A stretch of 64,000 nucleotides of DNA from Verrucomicrobiota bacterium (GTDB lineage Bacteria; Verrucomicrobiota; Lentisphaeria; Lentisphaerales; Lentisphaeraceae), in the NCBI GenBank assembly GCA_039798785.1, contig JBDKFG010000010.1, positions 1 through 64,000 of the forward strand, written 5' to 3'. The notes under the pieces were generated by a model. It saw nothing but the letters and a program-made list of their open reading frames with translations, did no database searches and was not told the origin of the DNA. The position numbers were made by a program, and so were the translations under genes. Of this stretch, positions 9,268-20,954 are shown in pieces (the first letter of the stretch is position 1; each line of letters begins with the position of its first letter).

Positions 9268-9371
9268 GCGAAATTGAAGAAATTCGATATTTTTCTTGCC
9301 ATCGTCGCAAAAAATCCGCCAAACATCCGTCTAGACAACTAGATTACGACAAGCAAAACAGGAATCCACTC

Positions 9372-12344
9372 ATGCCCCGCATCCTCGCATTGATTATGGC
9401 GCTTTTCTGCGCCTTCTGGACGCCGAATCTTCGAGCTCAAGGTTTCGACGATCTGCTTGAGCCTGCGGCCGAAGAGCAGATGCAGTTCAAGCTGACCCCG
9501 GAATTCCTCAGTGCCCCGCAAGGCAGCAAGGTGCGGGTGCTGGTCGAAATCACGCCGCCGAAAGGCTGGTGGTGGTACTGGATCAACTCCGGCTGCATCT
9601 CCCTGCCCGCTTCGCCGGAATGGAAGGCGGAGGGCGCCAAGATCGGCCCCAATACCTTCTCAGTGCCTCACTATCATGTCTACAAGGTCGGCCCGGAAAC
9701 CATCCGCTCCTTCAGCTATTCCCAGACCGGCGCCATCCTCACCGAAGCCGAAATCACCGCTGTCTCCGGCAAGGTCGTCATCAAGCTTGGCGGTCAATTC
9801 CAGTTCTGCAACGAGTCCGGCTGCAACATGGCGATGCCGGAGGAAAAGCTTGAAATCGCCGCCGGCCCCCAACAGGGTAACCCGGCTTTCGCCGCAGCCC
9901 TCGCGAAATTCAGCTTCCCCAAACCCGGCAAGATCACTCTAACCGAAAAGGACGGCTCAAAGGTCCTGAGCTTCGCCGGTGCCGCCGATCTCAAACCCGA
10001 ACAAATCGTCCTCGCCGAGGCCGTCGCCTCGGTCGAACAGACCGTGCCGCAACTGAAATGGAGCCACAAAGACGGCCTCTGGTCCGCCACCCTGCCGAAA
10101 GAAGTCAAGCTGCCCCTGAACGGCCTGGTCCTCACCGGCCACGACGGCCTCATCCTCGATCAGCTCGCTGCCTCGGCCGAGGAAAAAAAAAACTCTGAGC
10201 CCCTAGGGGCCTCGCCGAGCGCACTGTTCGTCAAGGACGTCGGTCCTCAACTCACCCTTGAGCTCATTCCCGAGTTCACCCAAGCTCCCGCCGGCAGCCA
10301 TATCCGCTGCCTCGCGGTGATCAGCCCGGCTAAAGGCTGGCGCTGGTACTGGAAGAACTCCGGCTGCGTCGGAACCCCCGCCAATCTCAAATGGAACGCT
10401 CAGGGCGCCGACTTCACCGGTTCCGACTTCTCCGCCCCTGACTTCTATCACGAATCCTTCTCCTTCCCCCGCCCCGGTGCCATCCTGGCCCAGTTCGCCA
10501 TCGCCGCCGATGCCAAGGCCATCTCGCTTCAAGTCGCCGCCGACATCCTCGCCTGCGACGAAGAATCCTGCCTGCCCCACGACTTCAAGCTCTCCTGCCC
10601 GGTCGGTCTCGGCGAGGCACTAACCAACCCGGCCTTCAAAGCCGCGATGGAGAAGATGCGTTTTGCTCAGGACAAATCCGTCGGACTTCACTCGCTTACC
10701 CAGATCCAACGCGATGGCAAGAACTTCCTGGAGCTCAAAGCCGATATATGCGTCAGCGCTGAATTTCTCTATTACGCTGACTCTCGCCCTGCTCAAGAAA
10801 TCCCTAAAATCACATTCGCCAAAACCAGTAATCCGATGATTTTCGAAGCGGAAATCCCTTTATCTCTAACTCTTCCTCTTGAGGGTCTGGTGCTCCATGC
10901 CCCGCAGGGAAAAACTCTCGAAGCGATTTCTGTCAAAGCTGCGGACGCCGCGAAACCTGCGGACGCCGCGAAACCTGCGGACGCCGCGAAACCTGCGGAC
11001 GCCGCGAAACCTGAAGCGGCACCGGCGCCCGCAGCCAACAGCGACCAGATCACCAGCATCTGGGTCGCCCTCGTCTATTCTCTGATCGGCGGACTCCTCC
11101 TCAACGTCTTCCCCTGTGTCTTCCCGGTTCTGGCCCTCAAGGTGATGAGCTTCATCAAGATGTCGCAACAGGACGCACGCGAGCCCTTGCGCCAAGGTCT
11201 TGCCTACACCGCCGGCATCATCGTCTCGATGCTCCTCCTCGGAGTGGCCATCCTCGCCCTCAAGGCCGGCGGCAAGGAGATCGGCTGGGGCTTCCAGATG
11301 CAATCGCCGCTCGGCACCTACCTCACCATCGCTATCCTCTTCGCCCTGGCCCTCAACCTTCTCGGCGTCTTCGAGATCGGCGTGTCCCTCACCAATCTGG
11401 GTTCCGGCCAGCAGCGCAAGCCCGGCCTCGGAGGCTCCTTCGCCAGCGGCTTCCTCGCCACTTTCGTCGCCACCCCCTGCGCCGCCGCCTTCATGACCCA
11501 GGCCCTCGGTTACGGACTCAAGGCCGAAACCGCCGCCTGGGAAACCCTGGCGATCTTCTTCTGCCTTGGTCTTGGCCTCGCGCTTCCTTATCTCGTTTTC
11601 GGCTTTTTCCCGCAGCTCGGCAAGATCCTTCCCCGTCCCGGTCCCTGGATGGAGACTTTCAAGAAACTGATGGGCTTCGCCATGGCCGCCGGCGCCTTCA
11701 GCTACTCCTATGCGATGATCGAGGCCATCGGCGCCTGGAACTCGCAATGCGCCCTCTGGTCTTTAGTCGGCCTCGGTCTCGGCCTGTGGATCTACGGATC
11801 CTACACCGGTTATGAAGTCAGCGACAAGACTCGCTGGATCTGCCGCGGCCTCGCCGCTGCCGTCATCGGCCTCTCCCTCTGGTTCGGCCTCGATCATGCC
11901 AAGGTGCCGCCACAGACCGATACCAAGGGCAAGACCTTCCAGCTCCTCGAATCCCTGCAGATCCACAGCCATACTGATGAAGCCGGTGTCCTCTGGGCCG
12001 ACTATTCTCAGGAAGCCCTCGACAAGCTGCAGGCCAAGGGAGTCCCGGTCTTCCTCGACTTCACCGCTTCCTGGTGCGTGCCCTGCCAAGACAACAAGCG
12101 TCGAGTCTTCCAAAGCCAGGACATGAAAGACCTGGCCGCGAAAAAGGGACTCGTCATGATGCTGGCCGACTACTCCAAATACGACAAGGAGATCCTCAAA
12201 AAGATCAAGGAATACGGACGAAACGGCGTCCCTCTCTACCTATTGTTCGATGGAAAATCGCCTAAAGCCGTTTGGGTAAAAGACGGCACCATGACCTTCG
12301 CTAAAGTCGCCGAACCGATCCTTAAGCTCCCGGACGCCAAGTAA
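9372..12344 (+). CDS. dsbD: DsbD-like thiol:disulfide interchange protein with duplicated N-terminal domain
   Basis: Signal peptide; two W.YW.NSGC...CxxxxC domains; TM domain LLNVFPCVFPVL and ATPC; thioredoxin DFTASWCVPC. Confidence 0.85.
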   Translation: MPRILALIMALFCAFWTPNLRAQGFDDLLEPAAEEQMQFKLTPEFLSAPQGSKVRVLVEITPPKGWWWYWINSGCISLPASPEWKAEGAKIGPNTFSVPHYHVYKVGPETIRSFSYSQTGAILTEAEITAVSGKVVIKLGGQFQFCNESGCNMAMPEEKLEIAAGPQQGNPAFAAALAKFSFPKPGKITLTEKDGSKVLSFAGAADLKPEQIVLAEAVASVEQTVPQLKWSHKDGLWSATLPKEVKLPLNGLVLTGHDGLILDQLAASAEEKKNSEPLGASPSALFVKDVGPQLTLELIPEFTQAPAGSHIRCLAVISPAKGWRWYWKNSGCVGTPANLKWNAQGADFTGSDFSAPDFYHESFSFPRPGAILAQFAIAADAKAISLQVAADILACDEESCLPHDFKLSCPVGLGEALTNPAFKAAMEKMRFAQDKSVGLHSLTQIQRDGKNFLELKADICVSAEFLYYADSRPAQEIPKITFAKTSNPMIFEAEIPLSLTLPLEGLVLHAPQGKTLEAISVKAADAAKPADAAKPADAAKPADAAKPEAAPAPAANSDQITSIWVALVYSLIGGLLLNVFPCVFPVLALKVMSFIKMSQQDAREPLRQGLAYTAGIIVSMLLLGVAILALKAGGKEIGWGFQMQSPLGTYLTIAILFALALNLLGVFEIGVSLTNLGSGQQRKPGLGGSFASGFLATFVATPCAAAFMTQALGYGLKAETAAWETLAIFFCLGLGLALPYLVFGFFPQLGKILPRPGPWMETFKKLMGFAMAAGAFSYSYAMIEAIGAWNSQCALWSLVGLGLGLWIYGSYTGYEVSDKTRWICRGLAAAVIGLSLWFGLDHAKVPPQTDTKGKTFQLLESLQIHSHTDEAGVLWADYSQEALDKLQAKGVPVFLDFTASWCVPCQDNKRRVFQSQDMKDLAAKKGLVMMLADYSKYDKEILKKIKEYGRNGVPLYLLFDGKSPKAVWVKDGTMTFAKVAEPILKLPDAK
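10941..11012. repeat. 18-bp x4 tandem repeat in dsbD linker (ADAAKP)
   Basis: Four exact copies of gcggacgccgcgaaacct. Confidence 0.95.
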
Positions 12345-12359
12345 GCGATCGCGGCAGCA

Positions 12360-12389
12360 AGAAGCGGCGCCCTCCCGGGCGCCGCTTCT
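12360..12389. terminator. Hairpin between convergent genes
   Basis: agaagcggcgccc-tccc-gggcgccgcttct. Confidence 0.7.
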
Positions 12390-12397
12390 ATTCCTCT

Positions 12398-13204
12398 TCA
12401 GGACATCTGCCGCATCTCGTCGCCGACCGGGAAAGGCATCGACTCGGGCTTGGTGCCGCCGAGGTCGGCCATCATCCGCGACAGATGGTAGATCGAGCGC
12501 AGATGGCCTTCCGACATCTGCGACAGGAAGAGCTGCGACACCAGGGTCAGGAGCAGGTCGCGGTTGCTGCAGGGGTAGACGCGGACGTTGGGCTTGAGCT
12601 GGGTGACGCTCCAGTTGTGGCCGGGGTCGACGAAGAAGCTCTTGTTGTCGAGGAGGCAATGGCGGCCTTTGGAGAGGACGACGGTGGCCTGCCAGCCGAG
12701 GCGGCGGCCGAGATGCTGGGCGATGATGCAGAGCATCAGGGGACTGGCGGTGCCGGCGCCGATGATGTCCATGATCAGATTGAGTCCGGGATCGAGGGTA
12801 TGCTCCTGCGGGGCGACGTAGCCGAGCTCCTTCATGGCGCGGGCGATGTCGACGGCGCCGACGTCGACGCCTTCGATCTGCTGGCCGAGAAGCTCGAGGG
12901 CTTCGTCGACCGCCTGCTGACTGATTTCCGGGTCGAGAAGGTGGTTGATGAAGAGCATGTCTTCCCATAGCTTGAGCTCGTTCCGCTCGAGACGGGCAAG
13001 GAGTTCGCGGTAGCGTTTTTTGTCGCTCAAGATCGCTTCCACCTGGCGGAGGCGTCCGCCTAGAAGATCCTGGCTGCCGCGGTGCGGGGCGATTATGCTT
13101 TCCAGTTCGCTTTCGTCATGGGTGAGGAGCCGTTCCATCGCCGCGGCGGCCACTTGGGGGTCGTCGTCATCGAGAAGCATGATCAAGGCAGCGATTTCAG
13201 TCAT
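12398..13204 (-). CDS. SirB1/transglutaminase-like (Transglut_core2) family protein
   Basis: ALIMLLDDDD N-terminus; G.P..LC.I...LGRRLG and FFVDP motifs. Confidence 0.7.
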   Translation of the reverse strand: MTEIAALIMLLDDDDPQVAAAAMERLLTHDESELESIIAPHRGSQDLLGGRLRQVEAILSDKKRYRELLARLERNELKLWEDMLFINHLLDPEISQQAVDEALELLGQQIEGVDVGAVDIARAMKELGYVAPQEHTLDPGLNLIMDIIGAGTASPLMLCIIAQHLGRRLGWQATVVLSKGRHCLLDNKSFFVDPGHNWSVTQLKPNVRVYPCSNRDLLLTLVSQLFLSQMSEGHLRSIYHLSRMMADLGGTKPESMPFPVGDEMRQMS

Positions 13205-13379
13205 GGCAGAGGGTTCCTTGTTCTCGAATATATCCCGCATCCGAAGCGCCAAAGGGGGAGGCTGGAGAATTTTGAGGGCTGAAAATCGAGCTGGCGGGTG
13301 TGGGTCGATCGTCCCGATCGAGTGGGGGTGCTCAACAGTGCTGTTGAAGGCAGTCGGACGAGAGGTGCAGGCAAGAAAA

Positions 13380-13407
13380 GAACAGGGCCCTGTGATGGGC
13401 CCTGTTC
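13380..13407 (-). terminator. Intrinsic terminator after tRNA-Ser
   Basis: gaacagggccc-tgtgat-gggccctgttc, followed by a U tract on the minus strand. Confidence 0.8.
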
Positions 13408-13416
13408 AGGAAAAAT

Positions 13417-13506
13417 TGGCGGAAAGGGAGGGATTCGAACCCTCGGTACCCTTACGAGTACCCACGCTTTCCAGGCGAGTACATTAAACCACTCTGTCAC
13501 CTTTCC
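13417..13506 (-). tRNA. tRNA-Ser (GGA)
   Basis: GGAAAGG...CTCGC-CTGGAAA-GCGTG, long variable arm, GGTTCGAATCC, 3' GCCA. Confidence 0.96.
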
Positions 13507-13594
13507 GCTCGGTTGGGCCGCTAGATTAGCGTCATCTTGAGAAGCGTCAAGCCGACCCGGCGGGAATCTTGGGAATATTTGCGGGAAGAGGGAC

Positions 13595-14587
13595 TCAAGG
13601 GGACAATTCGCCGAGAAATTCCATCTTGCGATGACCGCAATTGCAGATGCCGAGGTGGCGGCCGTCATCATTCATCCCGCCGAGAACTTCCAGCTTCCGT
13701 TCCTTCAGGAGGCTTTCCACTGCCGCCACCGCCGCAGCCGTCTTGGGGCCGGGCTGGTAGAGGAAGGGGGCGGTGCATTTGTCGATCCGGTCGACGACGC
13801 TCCCTTTCGGCAGGGCGCGCAAGGCGGTCAGCATGGGCTCGGGTGACGCGCTGCGGAGAATCTTGCGGCGGGCGCGATCGTAGAAGAAGTATTCGGCACT
13901 GTCGGGCTTCTGGCCGTTGATGATCAGGAAGCCGTAGGGGGCGGCGAGGCGCAGTTCCAGAGGGTCGGGCATCCCTCGGCCTCCCTCAGTGCGTCCGTGC
14001 AAGCGGATGACAAGCATCGAGTTGGATTCGGTGAGCGGTTCAGGAGGCAGGCGACCCTGTTTCTTCAGTTCGGCAATGACGGCACCGGCATCCATGCCGA
14101 CGGGAAAACGCAGCTCCTCCCGGTGTCCGTCGCCAAAGAGGGCGAAGACGATGCCGCGATACTTTTCCGGCATCCACCAGCGATCCCAGAGGCCGGGACG
14201 GGAGATCAGGATGACGGTGGCGGGATTGTTGATCTTGGCCCATTCCTGTCCGGCTGCCAAGTAGATGAAGTCGCCTTCGCCGCGATCGATGGCGGCCAGG
14301 CCTCCGGTGCGGGAGGAAGAGAAGCCGCTGTGGCAGAGTTCTTCCGGGACCTTGAGATCGGAGAATTTGGCCGGCATATGGGGCGCCAGGCCATCGCCGA
14401 AATAGCCTTGGTGGATATGAAGCCCGATCTGCTTCACCGTGACGGCATCCTTATCGGCATAAGCGATCGGCAGGAAGGTGCGGATGAGCCAGGCGAAAGC
14501 GAAGAGGAAGATCAGGGCGATCCCGCCGAGCCAGGGCAGGCAGCGGCGAAAAAGAGATTTTTGAGCGGGAGGGGGAGAGTCATTCAT
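13595..14587 (-). CDS. Membrane-anchored hypothetical protein with H-X9-DG-like motif
   Basis: N-terminal TM helix; FALFGDGH motif; GGAGG ribosome-binding site. Confidence 0.7.
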   Translation of the reverse strand: MNDSPPPAQKSLFRRCLPWLGGIALIFLFAFAWLIRTFLPIAYADKDAVTVKQIGLHIHQGYFGDGLAPHMPAKFSDLKVPEELCHSGFSSSRTGGLAAIDRGEGDFIYLAAGQEWAKINNPATVILISRPGLWDRWWMPEKYRGIVFALFGDGHREELRFPVGMDAGAVIAELKKQGRLPPEPLTESNSMLVIRLHGRTEGGRGMPDPLELRLAAPYGFLIINGQKPDSAEYFFYDRARRKILRSASPEPMLTALRALPKGSVVDRIDKCTAPFLYQPGPKTAAAVAAVESLLKERKLEVLGGMNDDGRHLGICNCGHRKMEFLGELSP

Positions 14588-14602
14588 GGTTCATCCTCCG
14601 CT

Positions 14603-14636
14603 TAACTCGCAATTCGTAATTTGTAATTCGTAATTG
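14603..14636. repeat. Heptamer tandem array (taattcg)n
   Basis: taactcg caattcg taatttg taattcg taattg between glgB stop and the next gene. Confidence 0.75.
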
Positions 14637-14645
14637 ATTTTGAGC

Positions 14646-16883
14646 TCAGCCCCGCTTCAGCCAGAGCACCGACAGGGGCGGCAAATCCATCACGCCGGAG
14701 GCGGGAAGTCCGTGCTCGGGAGTGGCGACGGCCTGGACCGATTTCTGTTGAGCGCAGTGACCGGAGCCGCCGAAGCGGGCTTCGTCGGTATCGAGCAGGA
14801 CCTTCCAACTGCCGGCGGCAGGCAGGCCGAGGCGGTAATTGCGCCGCGGTTCGGGGGTCAGGTTGCAGATGCAGACCAGGGGGGTGCCGTCAGCGGCGAT
14901 GCGCTGGAAGGAGATGATTGACTTCTCCCAGTCGGCGCAGTCGATCCAGGCAAAGCCTTCGGGGCCGAAGTCCTGGGTGTAGAGGGCTGGTTCGGCCTTG
15001 TAGAGGGCGTTGAGGGCGGCGGTGAGCTTGTGGATGCCGGCGTGCATCTCGTTGCGCAGGGTGGCCCAGTCGAGGCTGGCGTGGCTGTTCCATTCGTGCC
15101 ACTGGGCGATTTCGGCGCCCATGAAGAGGAGTTTCTTGCCGGGGTGGGCGAACATGTAGGCGTAGAGGCAGCGCAGGTTGGCGAATTTCTGCCAGGTGTC
15201 GCCAGGCATCCGGCCGATCAAGGAGCCTTTGCCGTGCACCACTTCGTCGTGCGACAGGGGGAGACAGAAATTCTCGTGGAAGGCGTAGACGAGGGAGAAG
15301 GTGACCTGGTTCTGGTGGTACTTGCGGAAGACCGGGTCGATGCCGAAGTATTTCAGGGTGTCGTGCATCCAGCCCATGTTCCACTTCAGGGTGTAGCCGA
15401 GGCCGCCGTCGTAGACCGGGCGCGACACCTTGGCGAAGGCGGTGGACTCTTCGGCGATGACCATGCATCCCGGCGCTTCGCCGTGGCAGACTTCGTTGAG
15501 CCGGCGCATGAAGGCGATGGCTTCATAGTTCTCGCGGCCGCCGTGGATGTTGGGACGCCAGGCGCCGTTTTCGCGGGAGTAGTCGCGGTAGAGCATCGAG
15601 GCGACGGCGTCGACGCGCAGGCCGTCGATGTGGTATTCCTTCAGCCAGAAGAGGGCGGAGGCGAGGAGGAAGTTGGCGACTTCGGCGCGGCCGTAGTTGA
15701 AGATGTAGGTGTTCCAGTCGGGGTGGTAGCCTTCTTCCGGGTTGTCGTGCTCGTAGAGCGAGCTGCCGTCGAATTTGCCGAGGGCGAATTCATCGGTGGG
15801 GAAGTGGGCCGGGACCCAGTCGAGGATGACCCCGATGCCGTTTTGGTGGAGGTGGTCGACGAACCAGGCGAAGTCTTCCGGGGTGCCGAAGCGCGAGGTG
15901 GGGGCGAAGTAGCCGGTGGTCTGGTAGCCCCAGCTCAGGTCGAAGGGGTGCTCGGTGATCGGCAACAGCTCGACGTGGGTGAAGCCCTGGTCGCGGCAGT
16001 AGCGGGCCAAGGCGCGGCCGAGCTCGCGGTAGTTGGGGAATTCGCCTTGGCGGGAGGAGACGCCGGGGCCGCCCCAGGAGCCGAGGTGGACTTCATAGAT
16101 CGACACCGGCGACTTCAGCGGCTCGGCGCTGGCGCGGGCCGTCATCCACTCGTCGTCGTTCCAGCGGATCTTCGACAGGTCGCTGATGATGCCGGAGGTG
16201 CCGGGGCGGAGCTCGCAGGCGAGGGCGAGGGGGTCCTGCTTGTGGATCACCTGGCCGGCGGCGGTGCGGATTTCGAATTTGTAGTACTCGCCGGCGCCGA
16301 GGCCGGGGATGAAGATCTCCCACAGACCGAGGCTGCCCATCAGCTTCCGCATCATGTGGCGGCGGCCGTCCCAGGAGTTGAAGTTGCCGATCACCGAGAC
16401 GCGGGCGGCGTTGGGGGCCCAAAGGACGCAGCGGACCCCTTTGACCCCCTTGACTTCGTGGAGGCGGGCGCCGAGGACGTCGTAGAGGCGGCGGTGGTCG
16501 GCGGTGTTGATCAGGTGCAGGTCGAAGCTGCTCAGGGTCGGCGCAAAGGAATAGGGGTCGGCTCGGCGGACGCTGGTTTCCCCGTAGCTGGAAATCAGTT
16601 CGTAGGCGATTTCCTTCGCCTTCTCGACCGGGCGGGAGAGGATGAAGAGGCCGTCGGGGTGGACCTTGCTGAGTTCTTCCGGGCCGTGGCCGAACTCGGC
16701 GGCGACGGCAGTCGCATGGGGATCGAAGACCCGGAGGAGCGGGCCGCGTTCGTCACTGTGCAGGCCGAGGATGTGATGGGGATCTTCGAGGCGGCAGCCG
16801 AGGAGGGCTTCGAGCTGGGACTCGGACAGGCCATGTCCGGCGGGAGCGGGAGCGGGGGCGGTGGCTTTCGAGGACTTCTTCAC
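14646..16883 (-). CDS. glgB: 1,4-alpha-glucan branching enzyme
   Basis: WAPNA, IYEVHLGSW, SWGYQ, LDWVPAHF, DGLRVDAVASMLY, IAEEST, PLSHDEVVHGK; GTG start inferred. Confidence 0.97.
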   Translation of the reverse strand: MKKSSKATAPAPAPAGHGLSESQLEALLGCRLEDPHHILGLHSDERGPLLRVFDPHATAVAAEFGHGPEELSKVHPDGLFILSRPVEKAKEIAYELISSYGETSVRRADPYSFAPTLSSFDLHLINTADHRRLYDVLGARLHEVKGVKGVRCVLWAPNAARVSVIGNFNSWDGRRHMMRKLMGSLGLWEIFIPGLGAGEYYKFEIRTAAGQVIHKQDPLALACELRPGTSGIISDLSKIRWNDDEWMTARASAEPLKSPVSIYEVHLGSWGGPGVSSRQGEFPNYRELGRALARYCRDQGFTHVELLPITEHPFDLSWGYQTTGYFAPTSRFGTPEDFAWFVDHLHQNGIGVILDWVPAHFPTDEFALGKFDGSSLYEHDNPEEGYHPDWNTYIFNYGRAEVANFLLASALFWLKEYHIDGLRVDAVASMLYRDYSRENGAWRPNIHGGRENYEAIAFMRRLNEVCHGEAPGCMVIAEESTAFAKVSRPVYDGGLGYTLKWNMGWMHDTLKYFGIDPVFRKYHQNQVTFSLVYAFHENFCLPLSHDEVVHGKGSLIGRMPGDTWQKFANLRCLYAYMFAHPGKKLLFMGAEIAQWHEWNSHASLDWATLRNEMHAGIHKLTAALNALYKAEPALYTQDFGPEGFAWIDCADWEKSIISFQRIAADGTPLVCICNLTPEPRRNYRLGLPAAGSWKVLLDTDEARFGGSGHCAQQKSVQAVATPEHGLPASGVMDLPPLSVLWLKRG

Positions 16884-17134
16884 GGCGGACTCCGGGTTTA
16901 AGTTTTCTCCACGAGTATAGGCGCAAGGGAGGAAATGGCGAGGCTTAACCTCGGGAGTGTGCCGCATTTTGACCCTGGGGCCGCCGCAATCCTTGCGGCG
17001 CTGTGTTCTGTGTTTCCAAGGAGCCCGCATGTCACATGAGTCCTTCCTTTCGCCGAAGGCGAAAGGGAGTTAAGCGCTCAAGAGCAAAACCACGAGCTCA
17101 GCGCATGTGGACATGCGCACTCCCAGGGAAATTC

Positions 17135-17557
17135 CTACCTGCCGCCCCGCGCCGCCTCGGCCGCCTGGATCTTGTATTCCAAATTCTTGACTTCGGGATG
17201 TTTGCGGAGATCTCGCAGGAGCTGGATCTGTTCCTTGCGGATCAGGGTGACCAGCTCGGCGATTTCATCGACCTCTTTCAAGGCCTTGAGGCGGGCATCG
17301 TGAAGTTGACGTTCGAGCAGCGCGCGCGACTCGTTTCCCTTGGTCTTGCCCAGGCGTGCGGCGAGGGAGGCGACGCCCGGCTGCTCTTCGACCAGCGAGG
17401 CGAGCTTGCTGTGCAGGCTGAGCAGGCGGCGGTGACGCAGGCCGAGCTCGTCTTCGCCGCTGAGCAGGCGCGCCTCGGTGCGGCCGAGCTCGTCACGCAG
17501 TTGGTCGAGCTTGCTGTCTGAACTCTGCAGGGCGAGACTGAGAAGGAGGCTGAGCAT
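17135..17557 (-). CDS. Small exported coiled-coil hypothetical protein
   Basis: Signal-like MLSLLLSLALQ, Leu-rich heptads; directly downstream of the ABC gene. Confidence 0.6.
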   Translation of the reverse strand: MLSLLLSLALQSSDSKLDQLRDELGRTEARLLSGEDELGLRHRRLLSLHSKLASLVEEQPGVASLAARLGKTKGNESRALLERQLHDARLKALKEVDEIAELVTLIRKEQIQLLRDLRKHPEVKNLEYKIQAAEAARGGR

Positions 17558-17580
17558 GGCGGTTGTCGCGGTTATAGGGT

Positions 17581-19608
<2,028 letters not shown>

Positions 19609-19681
19609 GAATTCTCCACTTGCGGTCTGGCTTGAAAGGCCGCAATATAGAGCGGAACAGAAATTTCACCCGGAGGCCCCC

Positions 19682-20680
19682 GTGCGCATCGTCTTCTTCA
19701 TGGATCCGCTCAGCGGCATCCGCCCCGCCGGCGACACCTCCTTCGCCCTGATGCTCGCCGCCCAGCGCCGAGGCCACGAAATCTGGCACTGCCAGCGCTC
19801 CGGCCTCAGTCTCGAACAAGGCTCGGTTCAAATGAAGGCCACCCGTCTCGAAGTCGTCGACGAAGCGGCTCATCCCTGCCGCGTCCTTGAGCTGCGGCAG
19901 CTCCGGGGCGACGAGATCGACGCCCTCTGCCTGCGCAGCGACCCGCCCTTCGACCAGGATTACCTGGCTGACACCTGGCTTCTCGAATTCCTGCCGCCCG
20001 CTTGCATCTTCCTCAATTCGCCAAGCGGCGTCCGCAACGTCTCGGAAAAACTCTGGTGTCCGCGGTTCCCTCATCTCGTCCCGCCGACCCGGATCACGGC
20101 GGATATCCAGGATCTCGCAAGCTTCCGCCAGGAACACGGCGACATCGTGATCAAGCCGGTGGATGGCCACGCCGGACGCGGCGTCTTCCTGATTCTTCGC
20201 GATGATTGCAACGCCGCCGTGGCTTTTGAAACCCTTTCCGGCGGCGGCAAGCGCCCGGTCATCCTGCAGGCAGCCTTGGAAGGCGCCAAGACCGGCGACA
20301 AGCGAATCCTGCTGCTCGCCGGCGAGCCGCTCGGCGCCCTTCTGCGGGTTCACGGCGATAGCGATCACCGCAACAATTTCAGGGCCGGAGGCAAGCCGGT
20401 GCCCTGTGGACTTGATGAGCACGACCTGCGGATTTGCGCCGAACTCAAACCCTGGCTGCTCAAGCACGATCTCGACTTCGTCGGCATCGACATCATCGGT
20501 GGCAAGTTGATCGAGGTGAACGTCACCTCGCCGACCTGCGTCCGCGAGATCAGCCGCTTTGCCGGGGAATTCCTCGAGGACCGGGTGATTCAGCGACTGG
20601 AGGAGAAGGGAAGGGCATCGTTGGTGAACCTAAATTCCGCAGCAGTGGAATGGAGCCGGGTTGAAAGGTTGGAAGGTTGA
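19682..20680 (+). CDS. gshB: Glutathione synthetase
   Basis: FFMDP..I....DTSFALMLAAQRRGH, R.DPPFD..Y, SEKL, KPVDG.AGRGVF, GDKRI, FVGIDIIG..LIEVNVTSPT. Confidence 0.93.
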   Translation: MRIVFFMDPLSGIRPAGDTSFALMLAAQRRGHEIWHCQRSGLSLEQGSVQMKATRLEVVDEAAHPCRVLELRQLRGDEIDALCLRSDPPFDQDYLADTWLLEFLPPACIFLNSPSGVRNVSEKLWCPRFPHLVPPTRITADIQDLASFRQEHGDIVIKPVDGHAGRGVFLILRDDCNAAVAFETLSGGGKRPVILQAALEGAKTGDKRILLLAGEPLGALLRVHGDSDHRNNFRAGGKPVPCGLDEHDLRICAELKPWLLKHDLDFVGIDIIGGKLIEVNVTSPTCVREISRFAGEFLEDRVIQRLEEKGRASLVNLNSAAVEWSRVERLEG

Positions 20681-20844
20681 AAGGTAAATACATGATTAAC
20701 AGCGATAAATGACGATTCTAGTTCGACCTGCATGTCTGCCAGCCGGAGGAGGCGCCGAGCGCCCTCGAACACCATAACCTCTTGCTGTTGTAGCTGATCC
20801 TTTCAACCTTTGAACCTTCCAACCTTTCAACTGCGGTTTTTAGG
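20629..20844. mobile_element. 216-bp MITE inserted into the gshB 3' end
   Basis: Ends cctaaattccgcag / ctgcggtttttagg; exact 5-bp duplication GTGAA at 20624-20628 and 20845-20849; second copy at 67-214. Confidence 0.85.
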
Positions 20845-20954
20845 GTGAAGCAATGAACACTGACGTGCAAGACTTGAGCTGTCCCAGGAAGCCGTCGCGG
20901 ACCTGCCGCGAGGAAGTCTGGTCAGCCCCAGCTCAAGCCTCAAGTAGTTGACAT

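Noticed and set aside
13417..13506. tRNA-Ser as a genomic-island boundary
   Set aside because: No duplicated 3' tRNA fragment or integrase was seen in the window.
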